This document shows positions 52,001 to 63,200 of a stretch of DNA of 64,000 nucleotides, one piece after another (the first letter of the stretch is position 1; each line of letters opens with the position of its first letter). Under the pieces are notes generated by a model, which saw only the letters and a program-made list of their open reading frames with translations, was not told where the DNA came from and made no database searches. Location: positions 1 through 64,000 of the forward strand of contig JWZX01003399.1 in the NCBI GenBank assembly GCA_001275005.1, given 5' to 3'. The DNA is from Chrysochromulina tobinii. Lineage: Eukaryota. Made by a program: the position numbers and the translations under genes.

Positions 52001-55000
52001 CAGCAGGAATGCATCCCTCCATGACCAGACCGCGGCGTTGATTGCGGTCGTTGATCACCGTCAAGCTTGACAGGGCATACTCTTGAGCCTCGACACGATC
52101 ATCGTTCAAGCCTGCCTTGAGAAGGTCAACTAGCGGAGCCACGCCACCCTGCGTAGCCGCCTGCTTTTGATGTCGCTTGGCGTCGCCCCCACTGGCATTG
52201 TTATTGCGCAGAGTGGTGCCGGCACGCTGACGAACATCAGCCTTGTTGCTGCTCAGCAGCTTGACCAGCTCTGTGGTCACTTGGACACGCAAATCAGCCG
52301 AGACTTGTGCAAGATTCGAGAGTGCGTCCGAGGCCATGGACTGCGCTTCTTCAGACCCGCTCTTGAGCTGCCGCACGAGCTGAACGGCACAGCTCGTGCG
52401 AGTGAAAGCGTCCCGATTTTCAGCATTGAAGGACATAGTGTACAATACGCGCGTGGCGTGAGTCTGGGCTTCCAGTTTCGACACTTGTGCGGCCGTTTGT
52501 TGTGACACTTCTGAAGTTTCCTCACCTGCGCTGGCGAGCATGGCAACCAGACCCGAGCATACAAAGAACTGGTTTGACGGGTTATCTTTTGTCAAGGCCA
52601 ACAGGGCGGCGTTCACGTGCTTCTTGGTTCCGGCGGAGCCTCCATCAAAGAGCGGAATGAGCAGATCCACGCCATTGGAATCTGCAATTAGGACGCGGTT
52701 ATCGGCATTCGCCGCAAGCCGTTCGAGGGCGCCGCTCGCTGTCTCCCGGGCAGCTTTGTTGACCGCGACGTATTTGAGAAGGCCGCAAAGCTTCGGAATG
52801 CCCCCGGCTTCGGCAATGAGCTCCTGATTGGTAGGCTCCTCCGAGAGGCTCCAAAGGGCACCGGCTGCATCATAGTGGATGTCGGGGTGATCATCGAGCA
52901 GAGCGATGAGCAACGGTATACCTCCCTGGTGAGCAATCAACTTCTGGTTGCGCTCGTGGCCCTTTGAGAGACTCCAGAGAGCTGAGCAAAGCTCCTGCTG
53001 CGTCTTATGATGCTCGCCCCTGTGTATACCCTCGTCATCTTCATTCGGATCATACTTGAAGGAGGCTAGAGTGGGCTGCCTTGTCAAATTGCCTTTAGAC
53101 GCATTGTCAGATTTATGCAGTGTGTGCAGCTTGGGGGTAAGAAGAGAGACCGTGAGCTCGATGCATCCGGCAAAAGCGAGAGAATCCTGGTTGCGCCGTC
53201 CGACCACGTCGGCGAGATCAGCGCTTGCGAACCTCGAGATGGCACGCGCGGCTTTCTCCTGGGTATCACTCGACGGACTCGAGTCGCGAAGAAGCTGGAC
53301 CAGAAGCTGTGAGATCTTCGTCTGGTTCTGTTCGTGATTCAGTGCTAGACTGTGGAATGCGCCCGCTGCCTGTTCTTGACCTCGCGGTGTTGTCCGTCCC
53401 ACGAGCTTAACGAGGGATTCCATGCCTCCTGCGCCTGCAATTAATGTCTGAATTTTAGTGTTCTTCGACGCGAGACACCATAAGGCTCCAGCAGCTTCTT
53501 CTTTTGGTGATTCCGTCGGAGCACTGTTCACTAGAAAGATGAGAGGCTGAAGCGCTCCATGGTCGGTGAACGCTCCCTGAGTCAGCTTGTTGTCGCGGGC
53601 AAGCTCGGCAATGGCTTTAGATACATTTGCAAGGACCTGGACCTGTAACTCATCGATCGTTTCCTCTGTCGAAGGGCTTCGATTCGGTCCCACGCTCTTG
53701 GCCATCGCCGACACAGTCTTCTTGAGTAGCTCAACGAGAACGTTGACTCCATTTGCTTTCTGGACTATATCCTGGTTCGCCGGTCCGCCTGCTGCAATGC
53801 CTGAAAGAGCATACGCCGCCGCTTGTTGAGCTGACTTATTCTCCGTCCGCAGAAGAGTGATGAGTGGCTCCGTGCAATCCTTCTCGGCAGCGTCCGTGGA
53901 TGACTTGGGATCCAACCATGCGATGACTCCAAGAATGCTTGAGGCCTTAGCCTTGCATTCTATGGCTTGCTTTGATTTCAAGAGCGCGATCAACCTTGAG
54001 ATGCCGCCTTCATTGGTCACAACGACGGCATGCTCTTTGTTGCAGCGGGTCATGTCATCAAGTACAGTTGTGGCACAGCTCTGAGCTTCCTTACCAAGGT
54101 CCGTGCCGTCAGAGTCGAGAATTTTCACGAGCAGGGGAACACCACCGTGAGCCGCAATCGTCTTCACGTTCTCATCCGAGTCACCGGACAAACGCGACAT
54201 AACAGCTGCAGCGAGCATCCGGATCTTTGCATTAGCACTCTTGAGCTGATGGCAAAGCATCATGAAGGGCCCCGCGTTCGCAATAGCATGGCGGTTGGAG
54301 ATATCTGTTTCTGAGCCGGACGACAGCGTGAGGAGAAGGCCCGTAACACACTCTTGAGCAAGGTCACTTCCAGCGCCGAGCAGCGCCACGAGTCCAATGG
54401 CGAGGCCGGTCATGATCTCAGCGTCACCACTGTTAGCTAGCGTGTAGAGCGTCTTAGACGCCGCTGCCCGTCCCTCTTCAGTTGCGCCGTTGCTCAACAC
54501 CGACACCAACGGTGAGATGGCTCCAGCGCCCACAATCACCAAGGGACACTTGGGGTGACTCTGGGCGAGCGCTTGAAGGTCGTGCGCAGCGCGCGACACG
54601 ACACTTGCGTCGGTGTTATCGAGCAAGCCGACGAGGCGCTTAGCAATCTGAGCCTGGTTATCGCTATTTTCAATTGCAAGTCGCGCCAAACCCTTGGAGG
54701 CGTACCGGATCCCCTCTTCATTGCTATCAGAGAAGAGGGATACAAGGGGTCTGATGCCGCCGTTAGCTGCGATCGCCCTCTGCAATTCTTTGTCCATGGC
54801 CAGGTGCCAAAAGCACGCGGCAGCTTTGATTTTGCCTTCCATGCGACCGTGCTCACACAGCTTCACTAAAGGTGGCACTCCACCAGCGTCGAGAATGGCC
54901 AGGATCACGTTGTCGCGCCGTCGGTTTTTGAAGGTTTCATCTGAGAGACTCGTGCTGTGGGTGGCATCTGTTTCGAGTCGGCTCGACTCATCTGGATCCT

Positions 55001-58000
55001 CTTCCTTCGACTCTCGGTGAGTTCTGTTGTGCCCCGAAACATAGCCATCGAGCAGCTCCGCTATGGCGGCTGCACATGCGTTCTGAGCCTTTGGCGTGCC
55101 GCTTTTCACGAGAGTGACTAGATCCACCAAGAAAGATGGGTAGCGAATCAACTTCTTCTGATTACCAGTATCATGGCAGAGCGACCAAAGCGTTGACGCG
55201 GCAGCCTCTTGAGCAAGTTGACTGCCGTCGCGAATGAGCGATAAGAGGGGCGGCACGCCGTTTTCCTGTAGGACGGCATCCTGCATGCACTTATTGCGTG
55301 ACGTAAGACGTGCGAGGGTGCTTGCGGCCTGCTCTTGCATGCCAATTCGTGCTTGAAATGCAACTCCGCTTCCCACGAATAACTCTGGGATGTCGGTGCA
55401 GCCCTGGATGCCTACACCAACCACGGACCAGCCTCCGATGACTGCAGGTTTGAGGATCTCCCCAGGATTGAGGTTTGATCCGTCTAGCATCGCGATAAGC
55501 GTCGGAATTCCACCAGCCTCTTTGATGTGCATGCGCCTTTGCTCAGAGCCCACCATCGAAAAATGAAAACCTTCATCATCAGAGGCGAACTCGATGTCGT
55601 CGACGTTGAGTTCATCGTCATCGATTTCATCCCCTGCATCCACTCCAGCTGCACTGTCATCAAGTGCATGGGGATCCGCTTCCTCAGCCTCCACCTTTGC
55701 ATCCTTCGCTCCCGTCTCCTTCTCGTGCATGTGTTCGTCTTTGTCATCGTCGACGGCGAGGTGAGCAAGGGCACGCGCGGCTGTCTCCGGCGTGCCAAGA
55801 CCCTTATCGCTCAGGAGCTTGACCAATGGTTCGATCGCTCCAGCGTTCGCAATAATGTCACGATTCCTGGTGACAAGTGCTAGGGCGGCGAGGGCAGATG
55901 CAGAAATCTGTTGGGTGCCGGGGGAACCTTTGGTGAGGAGGCGTACCAGTGGCTTAATGCTACCTGCTTTCGCAATGCTCGCTGAAGCCGAAGGGCTACC
56001 CTCCGCCAGCCGAACCAGTGTCATCGCTGCAAGCTGCGGGCCGCTGTCGCTCTCGGCACGCAGAAGCTTGACTAGAGGCACAATGGCGTTGGCTTGAAGG
56101 ATCTTTCGACGGTTCGCAGGCAGCGTTGCAAGGTGCCACAGCGCACACGTAGCTTTCTCCTTGGCCTCTAGAGAACTCTTTTTGACGATTTCCACAAGAT
56201 TTGGGATGGCACCAAGCCTCCCAACGATCGATTGCGTCGCGGCGTTATTCCCAACGATCGCGAGCAATGCCTTTGCGACTGGCAGTTGGACCGTCTCGTC
56301 AGCCATGGCCACGCCCATCCACGCAATTAGAAACTGTATACCACCGCCCTTGGAGAACGCGTCCTGATTCGGGCCATCATCCTCGCACAATGTGCCCACT
56401 GCGAGCAAGAAGCGCCTCGCGCGAGCTGCAGATGTGTTTGTATCCAGTGAAGCAATCATCTTTTTTGTGATGATGGCACGATTCTCGTTGTGACTTGTCG
56501 CCAGGGCGGCGAGCGCTCCAGCTGCGTGTGCTGACGATGCATCTGAAGCGCCGAAGGCCAACATGCTCAGCAGCGGGTCGATACCTCCTAGTTGCGCGAT
56601 CATTGTCTTGATGGGAGTGTTGTCTTTCGCGAGCGACCACAGAACGGCTGCAGATTCCTCCTTGGTCTCTGCTGAGCCATCACGCACGTTGGCGCATATG
56701 GGAGGAATCGCTCCAGCCTTCTGAATCGCAGACTGATTATCTGGATGGTCCCTGGCGAGAGCAGCGAGTGCGCCAGCTGCATTTGCTTTTAGCTTGCTCA
56801 CCGGGTGGCTCAGCAGACTCACCAACGGAATATGAGCGCCTTCGTTCAAGGATAGAGTCTGTATGTACTTATTCTCGTTTGCTAGGTTTCGGATTGCTTC
56901 AGCCGTCAGCTCACAGAGCTTGACGCCCGTAGCTTCCTTAAGATAGACGGTGAGAGTCTGCACGAGGATGGCTACGCCCTGGGCTGCAGCAATGGCCGCC
57001 TGCGTCTTCTTGTTCTGATAGGCGAGCTTTGAGAGGGCGCTCACCGCATTCTCGAGCACAGTTGTTGACTTCTCCTTGAGAAGCTCGAGAAGCTTCGGAA
57101 TGCCGCCAGCCTCGAGAATACTGATGCGGTTCTCCGTGGACTCGCGTGCCAGGTTGACAAGCGCAGCAGTTGCTTCCTCCTTTGCCGACATCGTTTGGCT
57201 AGCTTCCAACATACCCACGAGGCGTTGGATGATGATGACACGAGTAGGTTTCTCAATCGAGAGCTTCACGAGCGCAGCCTCCGCATGCCCACGTGAGACC
57301 TGGTTTGAACTGCCGAGGAGCAGCACCAGGGGAGCGATGCCTCCCGACTCGGTAATGAGGATGCGGCATTTCTCTGTCTGAGCAAGTGCGACTAGCGCAC
57401 CACCGGCCTCCTCCTGAGCCTCGCTTCCCATGGTACCGTTCAGCAGGCTGACGAGGGGTGGAATCGCGCCAGCAGCGGCGATCTCGTTGGCCTTCTCTAT
57501 GGTTGCCCTTGGCGGCGCGATCGGCGCGATCGGCGTGGACGTCACACTTTTCTTATCGGGAGACGGAGAGATGATATCTTTCCTGTCCACATCTTTCTTT
57601 TCCTGCGATTCGACATCGTAAGCGAGTCGGGCAAGCGTCGCAGCAGCATATCGTTTCGAAGCCTTCAGAGAGGTCTCCGCAATCCACTTCTTCATATCCT
57701 CGGTTTGCTCTAGCCGGTTTGCGGTACTCGCTTTCGCAGTCTCTATGATCGCTTTGAAGTCAGCTGCTTGGTGGTGGTTTATCTTAGTCGACATCATGGT
57801 TGCTTGCCGCAATCGTTCTTTCAAGCTGAGTTTTGGCTGAGATTTCACTTCACCGAGTAGCGCGACGAGAGGAAGAATGCCCCCGCCCTGATCGATGGCA
57901 ACCTTGTTGGACGGAATGCAGGAGAGCTCGGAAAGACAGGCAGCGGCGTACTCCGGTGAGCGGCCCTCCCCGCTGCTGAGCAATTTGATCAGCGGCGTGA

Positions 58001-59681
58001 TTGCTCCTTGCTGGGCAATCGCCTGCTGCGTGGTCTCGTTACCAATCGCTAGACGGTGCAGGGCGCACGCCGCTTGCTCACATACTTTGGGATCGCCCTG
58101 GGCGCTCAGCAGCTCTACTAAAGGTGCGATACCTCCGGTGTCAGCCACTATCTGTTGGCTCTCCGAGTCGATGGACAAGGAGAGGCTCCATAGTGCGTAA
58201 GCTTGCGCCGCTGGCTTCTTGGTGATCAGAAGGCGCACTTGAGGCTCAGTTCCACCCGCCTTGGCTATCATCATCTCCTGCCCTGGGTTCTCCCCAACCA
58301 TTCGCCAAAGAGCTTGCGCAGCCCGATCTTGGGTTCCACCACTAGCTTCCTCGAGGAGACGAACGAGCAGGCTTGCGATCTGCGCTTGATTACTATTGTG
58401 GCCAAAAGCTAGCGATGAGAGAGCGTTTGCTGCGTTGGTTTGAGCGCGCTCACCATCCGATGCCAGCTGCGTGATCAGGGGAGGGATGGCCATGGCTTCT
58501 GCGATGGCGTCTTTGTTCTCAGGATGATCCTCGGAGAGCGCCCAAAAGGCCCCCCCGACCTCAGCCTCAACCTGGGGAGAGTTGGACTCCGTCAGCAGCA
58601 AGACGAGGTTTACGACGGCCCCGTCCTTGACGATCGCAGTCTGCAGCTCCTTGTTGTGTCGAGAGATCTCCGCGAGGGCCAGTACCGCCTGCGCCTGCAC
58701 GTCTGCCGAATGTCCCTGTCCAAGGTCGGTCAGTTTCACCAACGGGCCGATGCCACCCATGCGAGCAATGCTGTCTTGATTGGCGCGGTGTTTGAGCGCC
58801 AGCATGGCGATTGCGGTCGCCGCGTTTCGCTCACAGGACTCGTGACGAGACTCCAGCAGCACCAGCAGAGGTCTGATGACTCCCGCCTTGGCGATCACAT
58901 CCTGCCGCTCTCCCGTGGAGACAGCCGCGAGCGCAGATGCCGCCTGCGCCTGCGCTTCTCTATTCATGACAGTGAGCAACGCAATCAGCTTGGGTATACC
59001 ACCAAGCTGGTGGACCTCCGCCTGGTTGGCCTCGTTGTCACGCGACAGCTCAGCGATGGCGTGCGCTGCTGCCTCCTGAGCCTTTCCTTGGCCGAGGAGC
59101 CCAACGAGCAAAGGCAGTGCGCCCACTTTGGCGACTGCGTCTCGAGCCATCGCACTCGCCTCGGCAAACCGCGCAAGTGACTCACAAACGTGCACCTGCG
59201 TTTCCACACTGCCATTTTTGAGCAGGTTCACAAGTGGCGCCACAGCCCCAGCTTTGATGAAGGCTGCGCGAGAGGGCTTCAGTATTGATATAGTCTCGAT
59301 GGCAGCCGCGGCCTGCTCTTGGAGCGCGGAATCGCCCGCTTTGACCGCATTTGTCAATGCCAGCACCACGCCAGCGTCGACAATCTGCATCCTGGACTTT
59401 TCGGGGCCGTTTGCGATCTTCGAGATTGCAACGCAGGCGTGTGTTTGCGCAGACGAGCTCCCATTCGCGATGAGGGTCACCAACGGCTTGATGGCGCCCG
59501 CCTCCGCAATTGCATCAGCATTCCCTTGGTTCTGCTCGGCCAGGCTGCGAATCTGCCCGGAAGCTTTTTCCTTGGCCTCCATGCTGCCAGCAGTCACCGC
59601 CTCGACGAGCTGTCTGATGAGTTCCTCGAGACTGCCTGCGATCTTGATGTCCCTGTCGGTGACCCGCGATAGCTTGACCAT
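49023..59681 (-). CDS. Giant armadillo-repeat protein (3552 aa) with C-terminal CAP-Gly domain
   Basis: Dozens of IA.AG.I.PLV.LL...E.AA.AL..L repeats; CAP-Gly IRFVG...GFWIGVE...GKNDGS..G.RYF.C...HG.F.RP. Confidence 0.9.
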   Translation of the reverse strand: MVKLSRVTDRDIKIAGSLEELIRQLVEAVTAGSMEAKEKASGQIRSLAEQNQGNADAIAEAGAIKPLVTLIANGSSSAQTHACVAISKIANGPEKSRMQIVDAGVVLALTNAVKAGDSALQEQAAAAIETISILKPSRAAFIKAGAVAPLVNLLKNGSVETQVHVCESLARFAEASAMARDAVAKVGALPLLVGLLGQGKAQEAAAHAIAELSRDNEANQAEVHQLGGIPKLIALLTVMNREAQAQAASALAAVSTGERQDVIAKAGVIRPLLVLLESRHESCERNAATAIAMLALKHRANQDSIARMGGIGPLVKLTDLGQGHSADVQAQAVLALAEISRHNKELQTAIVKDGAVVNLVLLLTESNSPQVEAEVGGAFWALSEDHPENKDAIAEAMAIPPLITQLASDGERAQTNAANALSSLAFGHNSNQAQIASLLVRLLEEASGGTQDRAAQALWRMVGENPGQEMMIAKAGGTEPQVRLLITKKPAAQAYALWSLSLSIDSESQQIVADTGGIAPLVELLSAQGDPKVCEQAACALHRLAIGNETTQQAIAQQGAITPLIKLLSSGEGRSPEYAAACLSELSCIPSNKVAIDQGGGILPLVALLGEVKSQPKLSLKERLRQATMMSTKINHHQAADFKAIIETAKASTANRLEQTEDMKKWIAETSLKASKRYAAATLARLAYDVESQEKKDVDRKDIISPSPDKKSVTSTPIAPIAPPRATIEKANEIAAAGAIPPLVSLLNGTMGSEAQEEAGGALVALAQTEKCRILITESGGIAPLVLLLGSSNQVSRGHAEAALVKLSIEKPTRVIIIQRLVGMLEASQTMSAKEEATAALVNLARESTENRISILEAGGIPKLLELLKEKSTTVLENAVSALSKLAYQNKKTQAAIAAAQGVAILVQTLTVYLKEATGVKLCELTAEAIRNLANENKYIQTLSLNEGAHIPLVSLLSHPVSKLKANAAGALAALARDHPDNQSAIQKAGAIPPICANVRDGSAETKEESAAVLWSLAKDNTPIKTMIAQLGGIDPLLSMLAFGASDASSAHAAGALAALATSHNENRAIITKKMIASLDTNTSAARARRFLLAVGTLCEDDGPNQDAFSKGGGIQFLIAWMGVAMADETVQLPVAKALLAIVGNNAATQSIVGRLGAIPNLVEIVKKSSLEAKEKATCALWHLATLPANRRKILQANAIVPLVKLLRAESDSGPQLAAMTLVRLAEGSPSASASIAKAGSIKPLVRLLTKGSPGTQQISASALAALALVTRNRDIIANAGAIEPLVKLLSDKGLGTPETAARALAHLAVDDDKDEHMHEKETGAKDAKVEAEEADPHALDDSAAGVDAGDEIDDDELNVDDIEFASDDEGFHFSMVGSEQRRMHIKEAGGIPTLIAMLDGSNLNPGEILKPAVIGGWSVVGVGIQGCTDIPELFVGSGVAFQARIGMQEQAASTLARLTSRNKCMQDAVLQENGVPPLLSLIRDGSQLAQEAAASTLWSLCHDTGNQKKLIRYPSFLVDLVTLVKSGTPKAQNACAAAIAELLDGYVSGHNRTHRESKEEDPDESSRLETDATHSTSLSDETFKNRRRDNVILAILDAGGVPPLVKLCEHGRMEGKIKAAACFWHLAMDKELQRAIAANGGIRPLVSLFSDSNEEGIRYASKGLARLAIENSDNQAQIAKRLVGLLDNTDASVVSRAAHDLQALAQSHPKCPLVIVGAGAISPLVSVLSNGATEEGRAAASKTLYTLANSGDAEIMTGLAIGLVALLGAGSDLAQECVTGLLLTLSSGSETDISNRHAIANAGPFMMLCHQLKSANAKIRMLAAAVMSRLSGDSDENVKTIAAHGGVPLLVKILDSDGTDLGKEAQSCATTVLDDMTRCNKEHAVVVTNEGGISRLIALLKSKQAIECKAKASSILGVIAWLDPKSSTDAAEKDCTEPLITLLRTENKSAQQAAAYALSGIAAGGPANQDIVQKANGVNVLVELLKKTVSAMAKSVGPNRSPSTEETIDELQVQVLANVSKAIAELARDNKLTQGAFTDHGALQPLIFLVNSAPTESPKEEAAGALWCLASKNTKIQTLIAGAGGMESLVKLVGRTTPRGQEQAAGAFHSLALNHEQNQTKISQLLVQLLRDSSPSSDTQEKAARAISRFASADLADVVGRRNQDSLAFAGCIELTVSLLTPKLHTLHKSDNASKGNLTRQPTLASFKYDPNEDDEGIHRGEHHKTQQELCSALWSLSKGHERNQKLIAHQGGIPLLIALLDDHPDIHYDAAGALWSLSEEPTNQELIAEAGGIPKLCGLLKYVAVNKAARETASGALERLAANADNRVLIADSNGVDLLIPLFDGGSAGTKKHVNAALLALTKDNPSNQFFVCSGLVAMLASAGEETSEVSQQTAAQVSKLEAQTHATRVLYTMSFNAENRDAFTRTSCAVQLVRQLKSGSEEAQSMASDALSNLAQVSADLRVQVTTELVKLLSSNKADVRQRAGTTLRNNNASGGDAKRHQKQAATQGGVAPLVDLLKAGLNDDRVEAQEYALSSLTVINDRNQRRGLVMEGCIPAVIQSLSLGKISPQSQEHAICVLAFIAEDNENHNEIIKAKGIRLLIEALSAEKTLSLTAMRAAATGLAHLAADDVDRQKLVCEAIEPLVKWLSKTDALRLGAARALAAICRGNKPLQVRVAQALAIAPLVSMLEKHASPEGYEAACESIATLAVDNPNNQAEIAQKGAIPLLIRLLQDTKPAICENAALAVAMLSDLADNKLLVANHGGIKPLITLLSTGNLAAKMFAARAVSLLAHENEENQLALIHAAIPLADLLSSELSETQEWAQLAMLRLGLNPSNRATVVKPLVAVLSGRNTSAQLKAAECLAMLLERCPAARSTIASAGAIPPLVQLLGNGQRSDLHTPPERAALVLSELVRLPESKIDVVREGGLQPLVVMLSSSCRESQAHAACALWHLSVVAEHKPMIVGMNSVQPLVKLLTHGSAQSQKCAARTLWQLCSSTDTKVLFVQLNGIQSLVTCLRRNSKSKVTLTPSNSTPPSGAKQSSQYATTQTQARPASSAAPGAAPTGAGQDADEAQEESVQEAVATVLSEFACTQSANRALIVDAGGLIVFMDILCDHSPSNAVVEHVLKGLWGLSQETRYRTKIARREGLIIKLVDLLVNTTGEMQKLAATTLVTLGKTQSARAEMLAAINRPQGEIPESSGPGKNAFDAPRASAVDTLQMLRFMKDAFMRSQVEEILNLISTPSSETTSVGPLQLSLPFQSPRVFSPRIKSNPAPLIDYCAPMVMMPTSLLPGRRTSPTKGASEVLLARFRDKLEANPELWMITRKVTKPEEVTDLYMADLAVQFKVNELVQVTTESPEGEPMLRKATIRFVGKAPEVAPGFWIGVEFAEANGKNDGSLGGTRYFTCEAGHGSFLRPDKIQHILKTPYAASPTRLTMSNKQAAVQSPGKQRPPSDDGAADLATDRKNPLGKKPDSRPPTVRSIPSSRKLEKSFKDSPKDSSRNKGEASGRTTPAPPTPKSSNGKAGETYKKNTKKRAKLAIAEEDEEE

Positions 59682-60253
59682 TTCGCCAATCTAGGAGCCC
59701 CCACGCTGGGCGACTCCTGTTTGCGTCTTCCAGCCAGCGCGCGCGCTCACGAGGCGAGCACGCGACGAGCGAAAGAACTCCTGGATTCAGCCAAATCGAT
59801 GGGCTTCTCCGAAACTTTCTGTACCCAAGTTTATAGTTTTTGGACGGATTTCAGCAGATTTTGTTCTATTTCTTCCCCGACGCCCCGCGAGTGTACGGGA
59901 TTTATGTCAAGAGTTTCTTAAGCGTGTCTGAATACCGACTGTACTTGAGAGCCGTGTGCCACAGACGGCATTAAGGCTCAAGGGCGGTGGCCAGCGCCTA
60001 GTCCTCTCTCAGATTCACTTCCGACTCCGTGCGCTGCGTGCTCAGTTCTGTCCGCGCTCGAACCTCGATTCGCTCGCGCCCTTCGCGTCACGCGCCAACG
60101 GCTCTGGTCCATCCTTCGGTCCACCAAAATGCCGGCTGCTGCAACGACGTCGACACCAACTGCCAACTCTTCGAGCCTGGCTCTGCGCTCCGCCACCTCT
60201 GGAGCCCACGACACCAATGACCACTGGTGACTCCGCCGCCGTCCAGTCCATGG

Positions 60254-63200
60254 CTACACAATGCTGCGTACGTCGTGGCGGAATTGAGATAAATTCTGCG
60301 TAAACTTGTCGCGCGTCTTGACGTCAAGGTTGGCGTGCTCACCGCGCGGCACGCCAGCCATGAGCTTCTCGAACGCCTGCGCGAGCTTCTGCTGCCTGCC
60401 CGGGTGGGCTGCCATCGAGCCGAGCGCCTGCGCCTGCCATTTTTGGTATGCGTCCTCGTTGATCAGGATGAGCGCCAACAGGGGGCGCGAGAGCGACCAC
60501 TGGTTGGTGCACTCCTCGAAGACGATCATATGCAGCAGCACAGCGAGCTGGAAGGCGAAGAGCTCTCGCTCAGTGCCCAGCTTGCTCACACCCTTGGCGC
60601 CGTCCTCGTCCCGCTCGGCCAACTCTTGGAAGTGGAACGCCGCAAGGTGGTCGAGCGCGGCGGCGCACTGCGACGAGATCGCGACCTCGTGCGACTTGAG
60701 CCCCTCGCTGAGCGAGTTGCACAGGTGGCGAAGCACGGGCGGCTCGAGCTCGGCGATCACGGTGGTGTGGTTGCGCATGAGCAACTCCATGAGTGTGAAG
60801 TAGGCGCGGCTCAGCTTCGGGTAAGCGAGGATGTCCTCGAGCTTGACGCGCAGGCACATCTGGATCATCACTTCGAGGCAGTCGGAGAGAGCGCGGTCTC
60901 CATAGAGCGCGAACACACCGAAGTTGACGTAACTACCCGAGAGCGCTCTCGTGAGCATCGTCATGCATATGTGGATGCCCTTGAACTTGTGCGTGTACGG
61001 GTCGGCGCCCACGGGCAGCTCCGACTCGATGCACTGGCGGCCATACGCGACGAGCATCGCGGATGCGTCGCGAAAGAGCAGGATACCATTGGGTGAGGAC
61101 GAGTCGAACGTGAGCCGTTGCGCCTTGTTATAGACCAGCTCGGCGTAGAGCTTGAGCAGAGGTGTCGTGAATTCAGGCACGGCGTGGAAGGTGAGCACGG
61201 CTCGGTGCAGCAGGGGAGTGAACTCGGGGTACAGCCAATCGAAGAAGAGGCCGTACGTGCGCCGGTTGGAGCACGCGCACACGATGCCACGCAGATCTCG
61301 GAGCATCCCGATGAGCGCTGTCCTCACGTGTGGCTCGGCGAAGGCGCGCTCGCTCTGCGCCTTGAGGGAGCGCAGCCAGCGTGTGAACGGCTCCATGAAC
61401 GCCTTGAACTTGACGCCGATGTCGTCGAGGAAGAGCAGCTTGCAGAGCGTGCTGTAAAACGAGGTGCGCTGCCGCAGGTTCTCAGGAACGAGCAAAAAAG
61501 GGAACTCCTCGGCGGTGTGGTGCAGCAGCATGTAGCGCACCGAGTCGAGCTTGAGAAGCAGCTTGGACGAGCAGTAGCCGCTCGCCAGGTCCGAGAAGAG
61601 TGCAAGCGTCTTCTCGATCACCTTGAAGCAGTCGCAGCGCAGCTTGAGGTTGGCCACGATCTTGTTCACAAAGACGCCGAGCACAGCAAAGTGGTCGCCC
61701 AGATTCACCCGCTCGGCGAGGCGCGAGTACACCTTCGTCGAGGCGGTGGCCTGGTCACCCACATAGACCTTCCGAAACTGCTGCAGGAAGAAGAGCACCG
61801 CGCTCTGCAGGTGCTGATTGCTCGGGCAATTGCAGCGCTCACGCGCCACGTCGGGGTCGTCGATCAGGGGAATCAGCTGCAGAACCACGCTCGTCAGCTC
61901 GCCGTCGATGAACTGCTGCGTCTCGGCGTTCGAGTTTGGCGTCAGGTGAGATCCGAGGATCTGCCCAATGATGTAAATGAGCCACGAGAGCTCGCCCTCG
62001 CTCTGCGCGAGCCGCATCTGCACCTCGGGATTCCCCGTGCGATCGCCGATCGGAAGGGTAAGTGCCTGCTGGTAGAGGCGCGCCGACGGCTCAAACAGCG
62101 AGAGCACGTATGAGGAGACCTGCTGTAACTGGAAGCGGCAGAGCGACGGGAAGGTCTCGAGCTGCTCGGTGAGCTGCTCGTCGTCATCGAGCGGGTCGTC
62201 TAAGTCCGCGTCAGCCGAGCGCAGCAACGTCGAGACCAACTCCATGCGCGAGTTAATGAAGGCCGTAATGATCTGAGGCACGTAGTTCTCGAGCTGCGAG
62301 GGCGTCTCGGGCTTTAGGTAGGGCATCGAAGCGACGAGTCGTGACCACACGGAAAGGAGGTAGTACACGCTGTTTGACGCCCACTCCCAGTGCTTAAATG
62401 AGTCCACTGTGAACGTCGCCACCAGCGCTATCCATGCCTTGTAGTCGTCGCACTGCACGAGCTCGGACAGCTGAAAGTTGGCCTTTAGTCGCGAGAGCAG
62501 GCGGCAGAGCTCGTGGTAGTTGTCGTGATCGGCGAGCCCGCACTGTGTCTGCAGGATCAACAGGCTGCCGCGCACCATCCGCTGCAAGAAGCTCTGCCGC
62601 TCCTCATCGGAAGAGAACAACGAGCGTCGCAGCGAGCCAAGCAACACGAGCACCTGGATCGTTAGCGACTGGATCGGCGGCTGCGTTGAGCGATACAGGT
62701 CGAAGAAGAGCGCGCTGGTGGCGCTATCCTCCATGGTCCCGCGCCAGGTCGAGGGCACCTGGATCGTGCCGAGCTCCTCGGACGCCTCGTCCAGTGTCGT
62801 CCCTATGAAGTCATAGCTCAAGCACGCGAGCGCTAGCTGAAGGGAATGCTCGCGGATGCGCGCGAGCTCAGGCTCCGAGGCGGGGATGGCGTGCGTCTGC
62901 AACTGCTGCAGCGTTTGCAGCGACATCTTGAAGATCTGGTACAGGCACACGTCGCGGAAACTCCCCGCGATCTTGCGGTGCTGCGTGAGCGAACGCGTGT
63001 TCGCCGTCGAGTTCATCTCCGTCACCAGCGCCTCGAGCAGCTGCAAGCCGAGCACCAGGTGGCCAGGCGTCGCGTGCAGGAAGCGGCCAACCTCGTGCAT
63101 GACCTGCTGCTGATCCTCCATCTCGGCCCAACCAAACTTGGTCGCGCACGCCACCAACTGCACCAGCAACGCCGTCACAAAATTGGTGCACATGATCCCG

